A stretch of 64,000 nt of DNA from an uncultured Candidatus Saccharibacteria bacterium (GTDB taxonomy: Bacteria; Patescibacteriota; Minisyncoccia; Phycocordibacterales; CAIJYI01), in NCBI GenBank assembly GCA_964410165.1, contig CAYPFT010000001.1, positions 38,341-102,340 on the forward strand, in the 5' to 3' direction. Made by a program: the position numbers and the translations under genes. The notes under the pieces are model-generated. The model was not told where the DNA came from. It searched no databases and saw nothing but the letters and a program-made list of their open reading frames with translations. This document shows positions 1 to 10,133 of this stretch, one piece after another (positions within the stretch are counted from its first letter, which is position 1; the number at the start of each line of letters is the position of its first letter).

Positions 1-252
1 TGGTAGCGGGAGCGAGAGCACGAAACAGGTTTAAGAAATCGTTTTTCGCAAGTCCTTCCTCATGTTCTTGCATCCCAAGACTGCAAGTAGTATGGAGGGT
101 ATGTATGCTTACTTGTCCGGTTTTTACTCGGGAATCAAGAACGCAAAATTCAACGTACTCGGTGATGTCAATGATAGCGTATCCTTCAAGGGAAAGAGTA
201 TCTCGGTATTCTGAAAGGGGGAGGATTAATTCGTATGTCCTGTAGATCATGA
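1..252 (-). CDS. YjbQ/UPF0047-family protein (secondary thiamine-phosphate synthase-like), 3' end cut by the window edge
   Basis: Minus-strand ATG at 252-250 with AAGAGG 7 nt upstream. Translation MIYRTYELILPLSEYRDTLSLEGYAIIDITEYVEFCVLDSRVKTGQVSIHTLHTTCSLGMQE resembles the YjbQ family (HTTxSL region). The ORF continues past position 1. Confidence 0.5.
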
Positions 253-336
253 TGATACCTCTTTGGTAAAAAACAAGGGACTAACCCGCATTGTATAACT
301 TTTCTCAAAAGAAACAAGTTACGGTTTTGTGATATA

Positions 337-1452
337 ATGGGCGCTATGGACGAGCCGAAAAAGGGAGATATTTCAATAAAAAGCTTCTCTCTGAAGAGAT
401 TTGGCAAGTGGTATGAGAAGCATGAGCGCACCGTTTCTTTTGCGGCGTTTTTCGGCGGGTTTATTTTCGACAATCTTACCTTGTCTCGGATAGATCGTTT
501 TTTTGATATGTTCGTTCTTTTTTTCTGGCTTGTCATTGCCGGAACTTCGATCATTATTCTCAACATCTCTCAAAAAAAGTTTTCCAAGTATACGAGCGTT
601 TTTTTGTTCTTCATTCAAATCGCCTTCGGGGCGCTCTTCAGCGGATTTACGGTCATTTATATGCGAAGCGGTTCTCTTGCGGCAAGTTTCCCGTTCCTTG
701 CGCTTGTTGTCTTTCTTTTTGTCGGCAACGAGTTTTTCCGAAAGCGCTACCTTCGTTTGGCGTTTCAAGTGAGCATTCTTTTCACCGCGCTTTTTTTCCT
801 CATGATTTTTTATATCCCCATTCTTCTCGGACAGATGGGTGCCGGGACATTTCTTTTAAGCGGCGCCGCAAGTCTCGCGATTATTTTTGTCTTTATTTCA
901 TCGGTATACTCCCTTCTTCCGAAGGAGGCGGGAGAAAAGAAAATGACGCTCATCAAAAGTATCGGCGGTATATTTTTAACCGTCAACATATTGTATTTCA
1001 CCAACAGTATCCCGCCGATACCGCTTTCGCTGAAAGACGCGGGTCCGTATCATTCCCTTTCAAAATCACCGGCGGGAGATTATATTCTTGAAGGCGAGCA
1101 CGTCCGCTGGATTGATTTTTTCAAGCCGCGCAAGGAGATTCATATTCTCTCCGGCGAATCGGTATACTTTTACAGCGCGGTATTCGCCCCCGCGAAATTA
1201 AGTACAGGTATCGCTCACGATTGGCAGTATTATGACGTGAACGCCGGAGAATGGCTTCCGCTCGGGAAATTTGCTTTCGGTATCACTGGCGGTCGCGACA
1301 TGGGCTACCGCGGATATTCCGTAAAGACAAACATCCGTCCGGGCCTCTGGCGCGTGGACGTGATAACCGACCGCGGGCAGGTCATCGGACGAACGAAGTT
1401 CATGGTTATTGAAACAGAAACGCCCGTTGCGCTTGAAACGGCGGTGCGGTAA
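337..1452 (+). CDS. Polytopic membrane protein with a C-terminal soluble domain (DUF2914-like), hypothetical
   Basis: 371-aa ORF. The N-terminal 200 aa are strongly hydrophobic (several predicted TM helices). The C-terminal 150 aa are hydrophilic (WIDFFKP...GYRGYSVKT). Confidence 0.55.
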   Translation: MGAMDEPKKGDISIKSFSLKRFGKWYEKHERTVSFAAFFGGFIFDNLTLSRIDRFFDMFVLFFWLVIAGTSIIILNISQKKFSKYTSVFLFFIQIAFGALFSGFTVIYMRSGSLAASFPFLALVVFLFVGNEFFRKRYLRLAFQVSILFTALFFLMIFYIPILLGQMGAGTFLLSGAASLAIIFVFISSVYSLLPKEAGEKKMTLIKSIGGIFLTVNILYFTNSIPPIPLSLKDAGPYHSLSKSPAGDYILEGEHVRWIDFFKPRKEIHILSGESVYFYSAVFAPAKLSTGIAHDWQYYDVNAGEWLPLGKFAFGITGGRDMGYRGYSVKTNIRPGLWRVDVITDRGQVIGRTKFMVIETETPVALETAVR

Positions 1453-1485
1453 CGTTATTTATTCTTTATTCATAATTCTTGCACG

Positions 1486-2506
1486 TATGCGGTATCATTT
1501 TTACACTACATCCGAAAAAGCATGGAAGGGGATGCTCGCCGCTATTTCCGGAGCGCAAAAGAGCATTTATCTTGAGATGTATATCTTCGAAAATAATACC
1601 GCCGGATACGATTTTCTTTCCGAGCTTGAAAAAAAAGCGCGCGAGGGCGTGCGCGTTATTTCGGTGTTTGACGCTTTCGGGAGCTCCGCGCTTTCTTCCG
1701 CCGCCGTCAATCATTTGCGGAGTGCGGGGGCGGAGGTTCTTTTTTTCAGCTTTTGGTTTCGACGCCTGCATCGAAAGGTGCTTATCGTTGACGAAACGGT
1801 CGGCTTTGTGGGCGGCGTGAATATCGGGAAACATTACGCACGATGGAGAGATTTACAGGTGCGGGTCGGCGGGAAAATCGTTCGCACCCTTGTTCGTTCT
1901 TTTGCGCGCATCTATCGCGAATCCGGCGGGAAAAATCCGGCATTTCGCGAATCGCACTATACGCCAATCCTCACCAAAGCCCGCTTGTGGTTTGTGGAAC
2001 GCGGTATCGGAGAAAGGCGGCATACTCTCAGGCGGCAGTACGCCGAACATATTGACGGAGCACAGAGCTCTCTTGTGCTCGTGACGCCATACCTCGTTCC
2101 GCGCCGGTGGCTTGTAGCGCGTTTGCATCAGGCGATTTTGCGCGGTGTTCGCGTGGAGATTATCGTTCCCGAACACACCGACTATCGGTTCGTTGACCGC
2201 ATAAATTATTACTACCTTCGTCTTTTTGCCAAACTTGGGGCGACCTGCTTGCTTTCTCGTGAAATGAATCACGCGAAAGCGATGCTCTCGGACGAGCGCA
2301 TCGGGATGGTCGGATCGCATAATCTTGATGCCCTTTCTTTCCACTGGAACGAAGAAGCGGGGGTGTTTTTTGACAATCCCGGCATGGTACGCAAACTGCG
2401 TCGGATTCTTGATATGTGGGAAAAAGGCGCGGTGCGTTTTGAAACAAAAACGTACCGACCCGATTGGATCGATACGTTACTCGCGGTGCTTCTTCGTCTG
2501 TTCTAG
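1486..2506 (+). CDS. Phospholipase D / cardiolipin synthase family protein (two HKD motifs)
   Basis: Two HxK(x)4D motifs: HRKVLIVDETVGFVGGVNIG and NHAKAMLSDERIGMVGSHNLD. The start was chosen at the ATG at 1486 (MRYHFYTT) rather than 1409 to avoid overlap with the upstream gene; the start is uncertain. Confidence 0.75.
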
Positions 2507-2507
2507 T

Positions 2508-2612
2508 ACCGGATTAACTTAATTTTGGCCCTTAAAATTTCTAAAATTTATTGAAGAACTTCCCAAGTTTAGAAATTTTTCTAGGTCAAAATTAAGTTAA
2601 TCTGGTACTAGG
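2508..2612. repeat. Long imperfect palindrome (24-bp arms, ~55-bp spacer) downstream of the PLD gene
   Basis: Arm agtaccggattaacttaattttggcc against ggtcaaaattaagttaatctggtact. The spacer holds a further short inverted repeat (ctaaaattt / aaatttttctag). Confidence 0.5.
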
Positions 2613-2614
2613 GT

Positions 2615-2643
2615 TGACAAAATATAAAAATTAAATTATCCTC
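2615..2643 (+). promoter_or_regulatory. Sigma70-like promoter for the SDR gene
   Basis: TTGACA, 17 nt, TATCCT (ttgacaaaatataaaaattaaattatcct), about 45 nt before ATG 2686. Confidence 0.4.
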
Positions 2644-2685
2644 CTTATGGGGGTTTTCCTTGTATTGAACTTAGAGAGGTGAAAA

Positions 2686-3489
2686 ATGAGTAAGCGAACA
2701 GTAATTGTGAGCGGCGCAAGCCGCGGAGTTGGTGCTGAGATTGCCAAGCTTTTGGGAATGTCGGACTGGAATGTGGTCATTTTTGGTAAAACCGATATGC
2801 CGCATCGGATACTTCCGGGTACGATACATTCGGTCGCGGCTGAAATAAAAGCCGCCGGCGGGAGCGTTCTTGCCCTTAAAGTGGACGTGCGTTTTGAAGA
2901 CCAAGTAAGAAATGCGGTAGAGGAGGTCGTTAAGACTTTCGGCGGAATAGACGCTCTCATCAACAATGCGAGTGCGCTTCCTTTTGACGGGTCGGAAAAA
3001 CAGCTTCAGTTGGTGTACGATGTCATCGTGAATGGCACGCGTTTTTGTACGGAGGCGTGCCTGCCATACCTGCAAAAATCTGACAGTCCGCATGTCATCA
3101 ACATCGCCCCGCCGCTTCCGATGGCAGAACACTGGATTGAAAAATACGGGACGTACGCGAAAGCGAAACGCACCGTAAGCAAATATACGGATGTACTGGC
3201 AGAGCTCTACCCGAACATATCTTTTTCCGCGGTGTGGTTCATGAAGATGCTTCTGACTTTGGCCACTATTTTCGGCGTTTTTAAGAGTCGGGAAAAAGCA
3301 GAGAAACATACTCGAAACCCGGTAATAGCGGCGGATTCGGTAAAGTTGTTGCTGGACAACGGGCGGAATGACAAAATATTTTGGACGGACGAAGAAGTCC
3401 TTCAAAAATTGGGCGGCGTAACTGATTTTAGCCGCTACTTAAACCCCGGTTCCAAAGAAGAAGATTTGATGGACGATGTGTTTGTCTAA
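2686..3489 (+). CDS. Short-chain dehydrogenase/reductase (SDR) family oxidoreductase
   Basis: N-terminal VIVSGASRGVGAEIAKLL glycine-rich NAD(P)-binding motif, 267 aa. RBS GAGAGGTGA before the ATG. Confidence 0.8.
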   Translation: MSKRTVIVSGASRGVGAEIAKLLGMSDWNVVIFGKTDMPHRILPGTIHSVAAEIKAAGGSVLALKVDVRFEDQVRNAVEEVVKTFGGIDALINNASALPFDGSEKQLQLVYDVIVNGTRFCTEACLPYLQKSDSPHVINIAPPLPMAEHWIEKYGTYAKAKRTVSKYTDVLAELYPNISFSAVWFMKMLLTLATIFGVFKSREKAEKHTRNPVIAADSVKLLLDNGRNDKIFWTDEEVLQKLGGVTDFSRYLNPGSKEEDLMDDVFV

Positions 3490-3498
3490 TGAGTAAGT

Positions 3499-3669
3499 TA
3501 CCTTACGCACGATGGGAAAGATTTGGTCGGTGAGTCCGCCCTTTTGGCGGTCTCTCCGCCAAATCTTCCGCTTCCGACGCTCTATTTTGGCGGTTCCACC
3601 GCCAAGAGGCGGAGAAACCGACCAAAATTCTACGCCGAAACCGTACGGTATCACAATCATGCGTAAGGT
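3499..3669 (+). mobile_element. Family-1 MITE, copy A (~171 bp, TIR ...cttacgcac / gtgcgtaag...)
   Basis: The termini taccttacgcacgatgggaaagatttggtcggtgagtcc and ggagaaaccgaccaaaattctacgccgaaaccgtacggtatcacaatcatgcgtaaggt are shared with the copies at 24838-25063, 33308-33535 and 38280-38405. Confidence 0.7.
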
Positions 3670-3686
3670 GAGTGAGTAAAGTAAAT

Positions 3687-3722
3687 AAGGGCGCGATGTT
3701 TTCCATCGCGCCCTTTGTTTTG
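3687..3722. terminator. Bidirectional rho-independent terminator between the SDR gene and ETF-QO
   Basis: Hairpin aagggcgcgatg-ttttc-catcgcgccctt followed by tgtttt; the other strand also has an A/T run. Confidence 0.55.
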
Positions 3723-3729
3723 CTCCCTT

Positions 3730-5385
3730 TTACATATCCGTATAATTTGGGCCACTGCCGCCTTCCGGCGCAACCCATGTGATATTTGAGAACGGGTCCT
3801 TGATATCGCAGGTTTTGCAATGGACGCAGTTTGCGGCGTTGATTTGAAACCGCTTCGCGCCGTTTTCGTCCGTAATGATTTCATACACTCCGGCGGGACA
3901 GTATCGTACGGCCGGTTCTTGGTAGAGCTGCAAGTTGAGTTCAATCGGAACGCCGGGATGGCGTAAATGCAAATGCACCGGCTGATCCGGTTCATGTACT
4001 ATATTTGCCCGATAGACCGAAGCCATTTTTCCGAAACTTATTTTTCCGTCCGGCTCGGGGTACTCTATCTTCCGAGATAGTTTTGCGAGCTTGAGCCAAG
4101 CATGGTCGGAAACTCGATTTCTAAGCGTGACAGATAATTTTCCTCGAAAAATATTCTGCTCGAGGAAAATCCACATCGCTCCGAGAAAAGTGCCGAACTT
4201 TGCGAGTGCGGGACTCCAGTTCCGAGATTGATGCAGTTCTTCATATACCCAAGAATTGCGGTATCTCTCGTCCATATCGGGCGTTTTTCTTTGCGTTAGT
4301 ATAGTGTCAAATATCGCTTCCGCCGCAAGCATTCCGGTTTTCATCGCGGTGTGGTTTCCTTTGATTTTTGCTCCATTCAAAAATCCGGCATCATCCCCGG
4401 CAAGCACTCCTCCGGGGAAAGACAGTTTCGGTACGGATTGAAATCCGCCCTTTATGATGGCGCGCGCTCCATACGATATACATTCTCCGCCTTCCAAATA
4501 TTCTCTGATTTTCGGATGCTCTTTCCATCGTTGAAACTCCATGTACGGGTCAAGGTATGGATTTTCATAATCAAGCGCCGTGATAAAGCCGAGCGACACC
4601 TTGTTGTCTTCAAAGTGATAAAGAAAGCCGCCTCCTTCGGTGTGATTGTCGAGCGGCCAGCCGAGAGTGTGAAGGACGAATCCGGGTTTGTGTTTTTGCG
4701 AATCAATGCGCCACACTTCTTTTATCCCGATGCCATAGTGCTGCGGGTCTGAATCTTTTTGCAATCCAAACTTTTCTATCAGCTGTTTGCCGAGATGCCC
4801 GCGGCAACCTTCGGAAAAAATGGTGAATTTGGCTCGTATTTCCACACCCGGCTGGTAATCGCTTTTCGGTTTCCCGTCTTTTCCGACTCCCATGTCTCCG
4901 GTAAGTACGCCTATGACTTCGCCCGTTTCACCATACAATATTTCCGCGGCGGCGAATCCTGGGAAAATTTCCACGCCCATCGCTTCGGCTTGTTCGCCAA
5001 GCCATCGGCACAGTTGCCCCAAGCTGATGACATAATTCCCTTCATTCCGCATAGTTTTCGGAATGAGGGAATGCGGAATTTTTACACCCCTCCTCTCACC
5101 GGAAAAAAAATGCAATTCTTCTTCCGTAAACGGCACATGAAGCGGTGCACCCATTTCGCGCCAGTCCGGGAAGAGCTCGTTCAAAGCTCTCGGTTCAAAC
5201 ACGGCGCCGGAAATAATATGCGCTCCAACGTATGCGCCTTTTTCAAGAACGCATACGGCGAGTTCTGTTCCGGTTTCCGCCGCGAGCTGTTTTAAGCGGC
5301 ACGCGGCGGAAAGTCCGGATGGTCCGGCGCCGACAATGACAACATCAAAGTCCATCACTTCGCGTTCCGCATAATTCATATCCAT
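3730..5385 (-). CDS. Electron-transfer-flavoprotein:quinone oxidoreductase / FixC-FixX-like flavoprotein with a C-terminal 4Fe-4S ferredoxin domain
   Basis: 551 aa. N-terminal FAD motif DVVIVGAGPSGLSAA. C-terminal CVHCKTCDIKDP ferredoxin-type cysteine motif. Lies adjacent to etfAB. Confidence 0.8.
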   Translation of the reverse strand: MDMNYAEREVMDFDVVIVGAGPSGLSAACRLKQLAAETGTELAVCVLEKGAYVGAHIISGAVFEPRALNELFPDWREMGAPLHVPFTEEELHFFSGERRGVKIPHSLIPKTMRNEGNYVISLGQLCRWLGEQAEAMGVEIFPGFAAAEILYGETGEVIGVLTGDMGVGKDGKPKSDYQPGVEIRAKFTIFSEGCRGHLGKQLIEKFGLQKDSDPQHYGIGIKEVWRIDSQKHKPGFVLHTLGWPLDNHTEGGGFLYHFEDNKVSLGFITALDYENPYLDPYMEFQRWKEHPKIREYLEGGECISYGARAIIKGGFQSVPKLSFPGGVLAGDDAGFLNGAKIKGNHTAMKTGMLAAEAIFDTILTQRKTPDMDERYRNSWVYEELHQSRNWSPALAKFGTFLGAMWIFLEQNIFRGKLSVTLRNRVSDHAWLKLAKLSRKIEYPEPDGKISFGKMASVYRANIVHEPDQPVHLHLRHPGVPIELNLQLYQEPAVRYCPAGVYEIITDENGAKRFQINAANCVHCKTCDIKDPFSNITWVAPEGGSGPNYTDM

Positions 5386-5388
5386 AAT

Positions 5389-6345
5389 TTACCTCCTCTC
5401 ATCAAGAGCGTTTCGCATGGCGGAGATGACCTCAAAGAGATCCCCGACGAATCCGATATCCGCGATTTCAAATATCGCGGCTTTCGGGTCTTTGTTTACG
5501 GCAATAATCGTACCGGCATCTTTTATGCCTGCACAATGCTGGGGCGCTCCGGAAATCCCGAAAGCGATGTAGATTTGCGGAGCGATGGTTTTCCCCGATT
5601 GTCCGACTTGGCAGTCATTCGGTATGAAGCCCAAATCTACCGCAACGCGCGATGCTCCGACGGCGGCTCCAAGCTTCTCCGCCAATTGGAAGAGAAGCTT
5701 GAAATTTTCTTTACTGCCGACCCCGGCTCCGCCTGAGACGACAATGCGCGCCGATTGAAGTTCCGGTCTTCCGCTCGCTTCGCTTTTTTCGAGCGAGAGG
5801 AAACGAGTGTGATTCGGTATCGTTGAAACGCGCTCAAGCATGAGTATCTTTGCATCGCCGGTTCGCGCGACTTCTTTGAAAGATGCCATTCGAACCGTTC
5901 CGCACACATACGGCGCACAAACTTCGGTTGTTACAATGCAATTTTCCGCATATGCCGGATTTTCAAACACTCTCGAATCCACCACGCGCATGATGTTGCT
6001 CACTTGCGGGACGCCGAGAAGCGCCGCCACTCGCGGCAGAAGATCCTTCCCGAAAGAAGTTCCGGGAGCGAAGATGTGGCTATAGTTAAGCGCAAGAAAT
6101 ACGGAAACGATTTCCGGCGCAAAAATATTTGCCACAGGATGGGCATGGGCATTGTCTCTGATTACAAAAACCGATTCCGCGCATTCAAGCATCGCGGCTT
6201 GTTTTCCGAGAGAGTCTGCGTTTTCAGGAGTGGCAAATACCGCAATGCCGACTGTTTCCGCCGCTTCATGGGCGCAGGCGACCGTTCTTGCCGTACTTCC
6301 GTTAAGCGTTATGCCGTCATGTTCGGCGATTACAAAAGCTTTCAT
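5389..6345 (-). CDS. etfA: Electron transfer flavoprotein alpha subunit
   Basis: 318 aa, MKAFVIAEH..., with FAD-binding C-terminal region (SGAPQHCAGIKD...). Lies between etfB and ETF-QO. Confidence 0.85.
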   Translation of the reverse strand: MKAFVIAEHDGITLNGSTARTVACAHEAAETVGIAVFATPENADSLGKQAAMLECAESVFVIRDNAHAHPVANIFAPEIVSVFLALNYSHIFAPGTSFGKDLLPRVAALLGVPQVSNIMRVVDSRVFENPAYAENCIVTTEVCAPYVCGTVRMASFKEVARTGDAKILMLERVSTIPNHTRFLSLEKSEASGRPELQSARIVVSGGAGVGSKENFKLLFQLAEKLGAAVGASRVAVDLGFIPNDCQVGQSGKTIAPQIYIAFGISGAPQHCAGIKDAGTIIAVNKDPKAAIFEIADIGFVGDLFEVISAMRNALDERR

Positions 6346-7115
6346 AAGAGTACCCCTCGTTCTGTAAGTAATGAAATAAATTCATCAATGCTTTCGGCAC
6401 GAATGCCTTTGGGGCGCACAGGCGGAGAGCTTACTCGAAGAATTTTTGTCATCGGCGACATGTCTACTCCCAAAATTTCTGGAGAAAGCGTTTCAATCGG
6501 TTTCTTTTTCGCTTTCATAATATCGGGAAGTTTTGCCCGGCGCGGTTCATTGAGGCGTAGATCAACCGAGATTACCGCCGGCAAATCTACCGAAAGGGTT
6601 TCAATCCCCCCATCAACCTCCCTTATCGCCGTTGTTCTTTCTCCGTCAATCGTGATTTTTGAAACCGATGTCGCTTGCGGAAAGCCAAGCAGAGCGGCAA
6701 GCATTGCCGGCACTTGTCCGGCATCGTCATCGGTCGCTTGTCTACCCATGAGAACAAGACCAGGAGATTCCTTTTTAATGAGAGACGCGAATATCCGCGC
6801 CGCGCAAAATGGCTCTCGGCATTCGTTCGTTACGACATGAATCGCGCGATCGGCGCCGATGGCAAATGCCGTGCGCAATACATCTTCCGCGACCTTGTCT
6901 CCGATCGTTACGGCGATCACTTCGACAACCATTCCATTTATCAATCCGGACTCTCTCATGCGAATCGCTTCCTCAAGAGCAACCTCATCGAAAGGGTTCA
7001 TCACCATCTTTACTCCGTCGGTTACTACGCCGGATCCGTCCGGGCGTATTTGAATTGTCAATGCGGGGTCAATGACCCGTTTGACGCCAATGAGAATTTT
7101 CATTTTTTCGTTCAT
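6342..7115 (-). CDS. etfB: Electron transfer flavoprotein beta subunit
   Basis: MNEKMKILIGVKRVIDPALTIQIRPDGSG... The start at 7115 was chosen because GTGAGGTGA lies 7 nt upstream. Overlaps the etfA start by 4 nt. Confidence 0.85.
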   Translation of the reverse strand: MNEKMKILIGVKRVIDPALTIQIRPDGSGVVTDGVKMVMNPFDEVALEEAIRMRESGLINGMVVEVIAVTIGDKVAEDVLRTAFAIGADRAIHVVTNECREPFCAARIFASLIKKESPGLVLMGRQATDDDAGQVPAMLAALLGFPQATSVSKITIDGERTTAIREVDGGIETLSVDLPAVISVDLRLNEPRRAKLPDIMKAKKKPIETLSPEILGVDMSPMTKILRVSSPPVRPKGIRAESIDEFISLLTERGVLL

Positions 7116-7304
7116 TTTTTTCACCTCACTTATTTTGTTAATTTCAATGAAACAAGATGTTTCTGTACTTATCAGTAGCAATAAAGTATGAATATGTCAA
7201 TAATTGACTACAATGCGATAAAGTAGTAGCCTCGGGAAAGATATTGACAAAGAGATTAATTGCTTTGCAATTTTTCACAACCAGCAGAAAGAGGTATAGA
7301 GAGA

Positions 7305-8653
7305 TGAACAAAACAAGATTTGACAAACGCATTGTTTTCGCAGGTGCGTGTCGTACCGCCGGTGCCAGCGTTCTTACCGGCATTGGCGGTGGCGGATTTT
7401 GGAGTAACAGCGCGCATGAACTCATGACGACTTGTGTACTTGAAACTCTGCGCCGCACCAATGTTCCGATCGGGGATGTTGACGGCGTTGTAATGGGAAC
7501 TTGCATGCATGACCCGCGCGTGCTCAATGTCGGGCGCATTGTTGCTGTACTTGCGGGACTTCCCGAAGAAATTCGCGAATCGTTTTTCCTCGGCGAGTAC
7601 CTGAGCGTGGAAACCGTATCAAACAGGTCGCTTGCATCGCATGTGGTTGGCGATACGGTGAGTTTCAACTGCGGTTCGGGACTTGTTTCAATCATTAACG
7701 CCGTTCGTCGCCTTCTTTTGGGAGAAGGAAAGGCATACATTGCCGGTGGTGGAGAAAGCATGTCGCATGCTCCGCTTCAAATACCGCGGACGGCAAAAGG
7801 TGAAAAGCCGTACAGCCAGCGGGACTTTGTCGTCAAGAACGGGGAAAATCACGACCTCTTTGTCGCGATGGAAAACGGCGTGACGGTTACGGACGCATTG
7901 CTTCACGGTTTACGCGATCCATTTACCGGATTGCATTACGGAGCGACGGCGGATCTCGCCGCGGTAAAGTATGGCATCACACGTCGGGAACAAGACAAAG
8001 CGGCGGTGATTTCCCACTCTCGCGCGCGGAAAGCTCGCGATGCCGGGTACTTTGCTCCGCAGATTGTTCCCATACGGACTCGCGATGCGGAAGCGCGGAT
8101 AATTGATTTGGACGAAGGAATTCGGACCGACCTTACCGAAGGAGTCCTCGCTTCCCTCAAACCGTACTTCACCACGGACGGCACGGTAACGGCGGCGACG
8201 AGCGCTCTCGTTTCCGACGGTGCGGCGAGCATGCTTGTCATGACGCTTGAAGAAGCGCTTCATAGCGGCATCGCTCCGGACGCTGAAATCCTTGACTATG
8301 AGTTCGTGGCGGGCGACCCATCGTATATGGGCGTTGTCCCCATTCTTGCCATTCAGAAAATTTACGAACGGTGGGGATTTGGCAAAGATACCGAGAATCT
8401 CATGCATATCAATAATGCCGCTTTTGAAGCAACCAACTTGTCCGTCCAAAAGCTCGCAGAAGTTCCGAAGAATCGTTGGAATTGGTGGGGGGATGCTATC
8501 TCCGGCTTCGGTCATGCGGTGGGCGGAAGCGGCGCGATGCGCACGGTAGAGGGAGCGTACATGCTCAAATTCCTTCCGGAATACGACTACGTACTCGTTT
8601 CTTTCTGCGTCGGCGGCGGACAGGCGGTTGCACTGCTTATCGGGCGCGTCTAG
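7305..8653 (+). CDS. Thiolase (acetyl-CoA C-acetyl/acyltransferase)
   Basis: N-terminal nucleophile motif SFNCGSGL. C-terminal GFGHAVGGSGAM and CVGGGQAV thiolase signatures. Start at MNKTRFDKR with AGAAAGAGGTA upstream. Confidence 0.8.
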
Positions 8654-8788
8654 TACAAAAATGCTTTGCAACAGAGCAGGCGAGACCCAAACTCTTGACT
8701 GTCTTTCAACAACAGAGAAAGGTGAAAAAAGATGAAATTAAAACAGAAAGCAGGGATCTTTGTCAATCAACAAATAAAGAGGCACATT

Positions 8789-10015
8789 ATGAACAATCCG
8801 ATAAAAAAGGTCGTCATCATTGGCGGCGGAGCCATGGGCGGCGGTTTCGCGGCTCGCATTGCCCGAGACGCGGGCAATCAAGGAGTAAGAACCGTTATAA
8901 TTGAACACCCGGACCGGGTAGATGCGGCGAGGCAATCGTTTTACGAACGCATCCATCGCTGGTTCAAGCTTGGGCACATTCCATTCGCACGAGTGGAGGA
9001 ACTCGTATCCTACGTCACATTCACCGGAAATCCGGCGGATGCGGCGGATGCAGATTTCTTTCTGGAGTGCGTCCCTGAAAACCTCGAACTCAAACAAGAG
9101 ATTTTCAGAACATACGATGCGATACTGCGTCCCGGCGTCATTATGGCGTCAAATACATCGTCGCGTCTCATCGGGGATATTGCGCAAGCCACCAACCGTC
9201 CGGAGCTTGTCGTCGGATTCCACGGCATGCAGCCGCCGACGAGCAGACCGCTCCTTGAAGTCATTCGTTCATCAATGACCTCCGATGAAACGGTGGAGAC
9301 GGTAACAAACTTCGCGGAAGGTCCGCTCAAGATGGTAACGATTCTCTCGAAAGACAGTCCGCTTGCCATCGTGAATCGCCAGCTCCTTGTCATTTTGGAT
9401 GAAGTCTACCACTGGCTTGAGCATTCCAATGTGAATACACTTGACATAGATGAGGCAAACAAGGACTGGCCGGCAGGATTTGTCACTCTCTCCAATTTCC
9501 TTGGTCTTGATGTAGTCTTGGAAGTCGGGAAAAACGGCAAAGTGGCGTATCCGGATCGTGTCGTCATGGGCGATCTCATTCCCGAGATGGTAAAACACGG
9601 ACTGGTCGGAAAGAAAAACGGCGAGGCGTGCGAGGGCTTCTATGCTCTTGATCCGGAAGAAGGTTCAGCGTTTGAAAATTTACGCAACGAACTCTTTTCG
9701 GATTTTCAAATTGCACGCCGGCATGACATTACCGGAGCGATGGTATATGAATACGCCATGCTCCGCGGGATGAATGAAGCGGCACTCATCCTTGAAGAAG
9801 GGGTGGCGAGTAAGAGTGACATTGAACGCGGGACCGTCGTCGGACTTGGCATCAAAAACGAAGGACTTTTGCATGCCGCGGATGCGTACGGCATTAATCG
9901 TCTGGTCGTTGCCCTCACGAAGCTTGAAAGCAAACACGGCATGCGATTCCATCCTGCGAAAATTCTCGTTGATATGACAAAGAGTGACGGGACATTCTTC
10001 GGGGATGAGTTGTAA
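8789..10015 (+). CDS. 3-hydroxyacyl-CoA dehydrogenase (NAD-binding, with C-terminal dimerisation domains)
   Basis: KKVVIIGGGAMGGGFAARIA Rossmann motif and a 3HCDH-like body. Start at MNNPIKK with AAAGAGG upstream. Confidence 0.8.
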   Translation: MNNPIKKVVIIGGGAMGGGFAARIARDAGNQGVRTVIIEHPDRVDAARQSFYERIHRWFKLGHIPFARVEELVSYVTFTGNPADAADADFFLECVPENLELKQEIFRTYDAILRPGVIMASNTSSRLIGDIAQATNRPELVVGFHGMQPPTSRPLLEVIRSSMTSDETVETVTNFAEGPLKMVTILSKDSPLAIVNRQLLVILDEVYHWLEHSNVNTLDIDEANKDWPAGFVTLSNFLGLDVVLEVGKNGKVAYPDRVVMGDLIPEMVKHGLVGKKNGEACEGFYALDPEEGSAFENLRNELFSDFQIARRHDITGAMVYEYAMLRGMNEAALILEEGVASKSDIERGTVVGLGIKNEGLLHAADAYGINRLVVALTKLESKHGMRFHPAKILVDMTKSDGTFFGDEL

Positions 10016-10037
10016 ACTCGTTCACTGTGCAATAGTT

Positions 10038-10072
10038 ACGGAGAAAGTCAAGATTGACTTTCTCCGTTTTTT
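10038..10072 (+). terminator. Rho-independent terminator after the 3-hydroxyacyl-CoA dehydrogenase gene
   Basis: acggagaaagtcaa-ga-ttgactttctccgt followed by tttttt. Confidence 0.6.
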
Positions 10073-10133
10073 GTATATAAAGGTTTTAGGCCTGTCAATG
10101 ACAGAATTACCACTTTATAGATGAGGTAACAAC

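Noticed and set aside
186-566. 126-aa minus-strand ORF overlapping the 5' end of the membrane-protein gene
   Set aside because: It is entirely antisense to, or overlapping, better-supported genes (YjbQ-like 1-252 and the 337-1452 ORF). It has no RBS and a low-complexity basic composition.
3439-3660. ORFs of 64-121 aa inside family-1 MITE copies (3439-3660, 24804-24998, 32983-33393, 33201-33566)
   Set aside because: Their similarity to each other (…GGLTDQIFP…RKV…) comes from the shared repeat DNA. They sit inside TIR-bounded elements, have no RBS and differ in frame structure, so they are repeat artefacts, not genes.
7256-7510. Numerous 60-250-aa ORFs antisense to the ETF, thiolase, dehydrogenase, ligase, ftsH, fusA, ppsA and island genes (for example 7144-7761, 9706-10032, 14515-15561, 42542-43327, 47651-48853)
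   Set aside because: Each is wholly contained in the opposite strand of a gene with strong motif support. Such stop-free antisense frames are expected in ~50% GC coding DNA.
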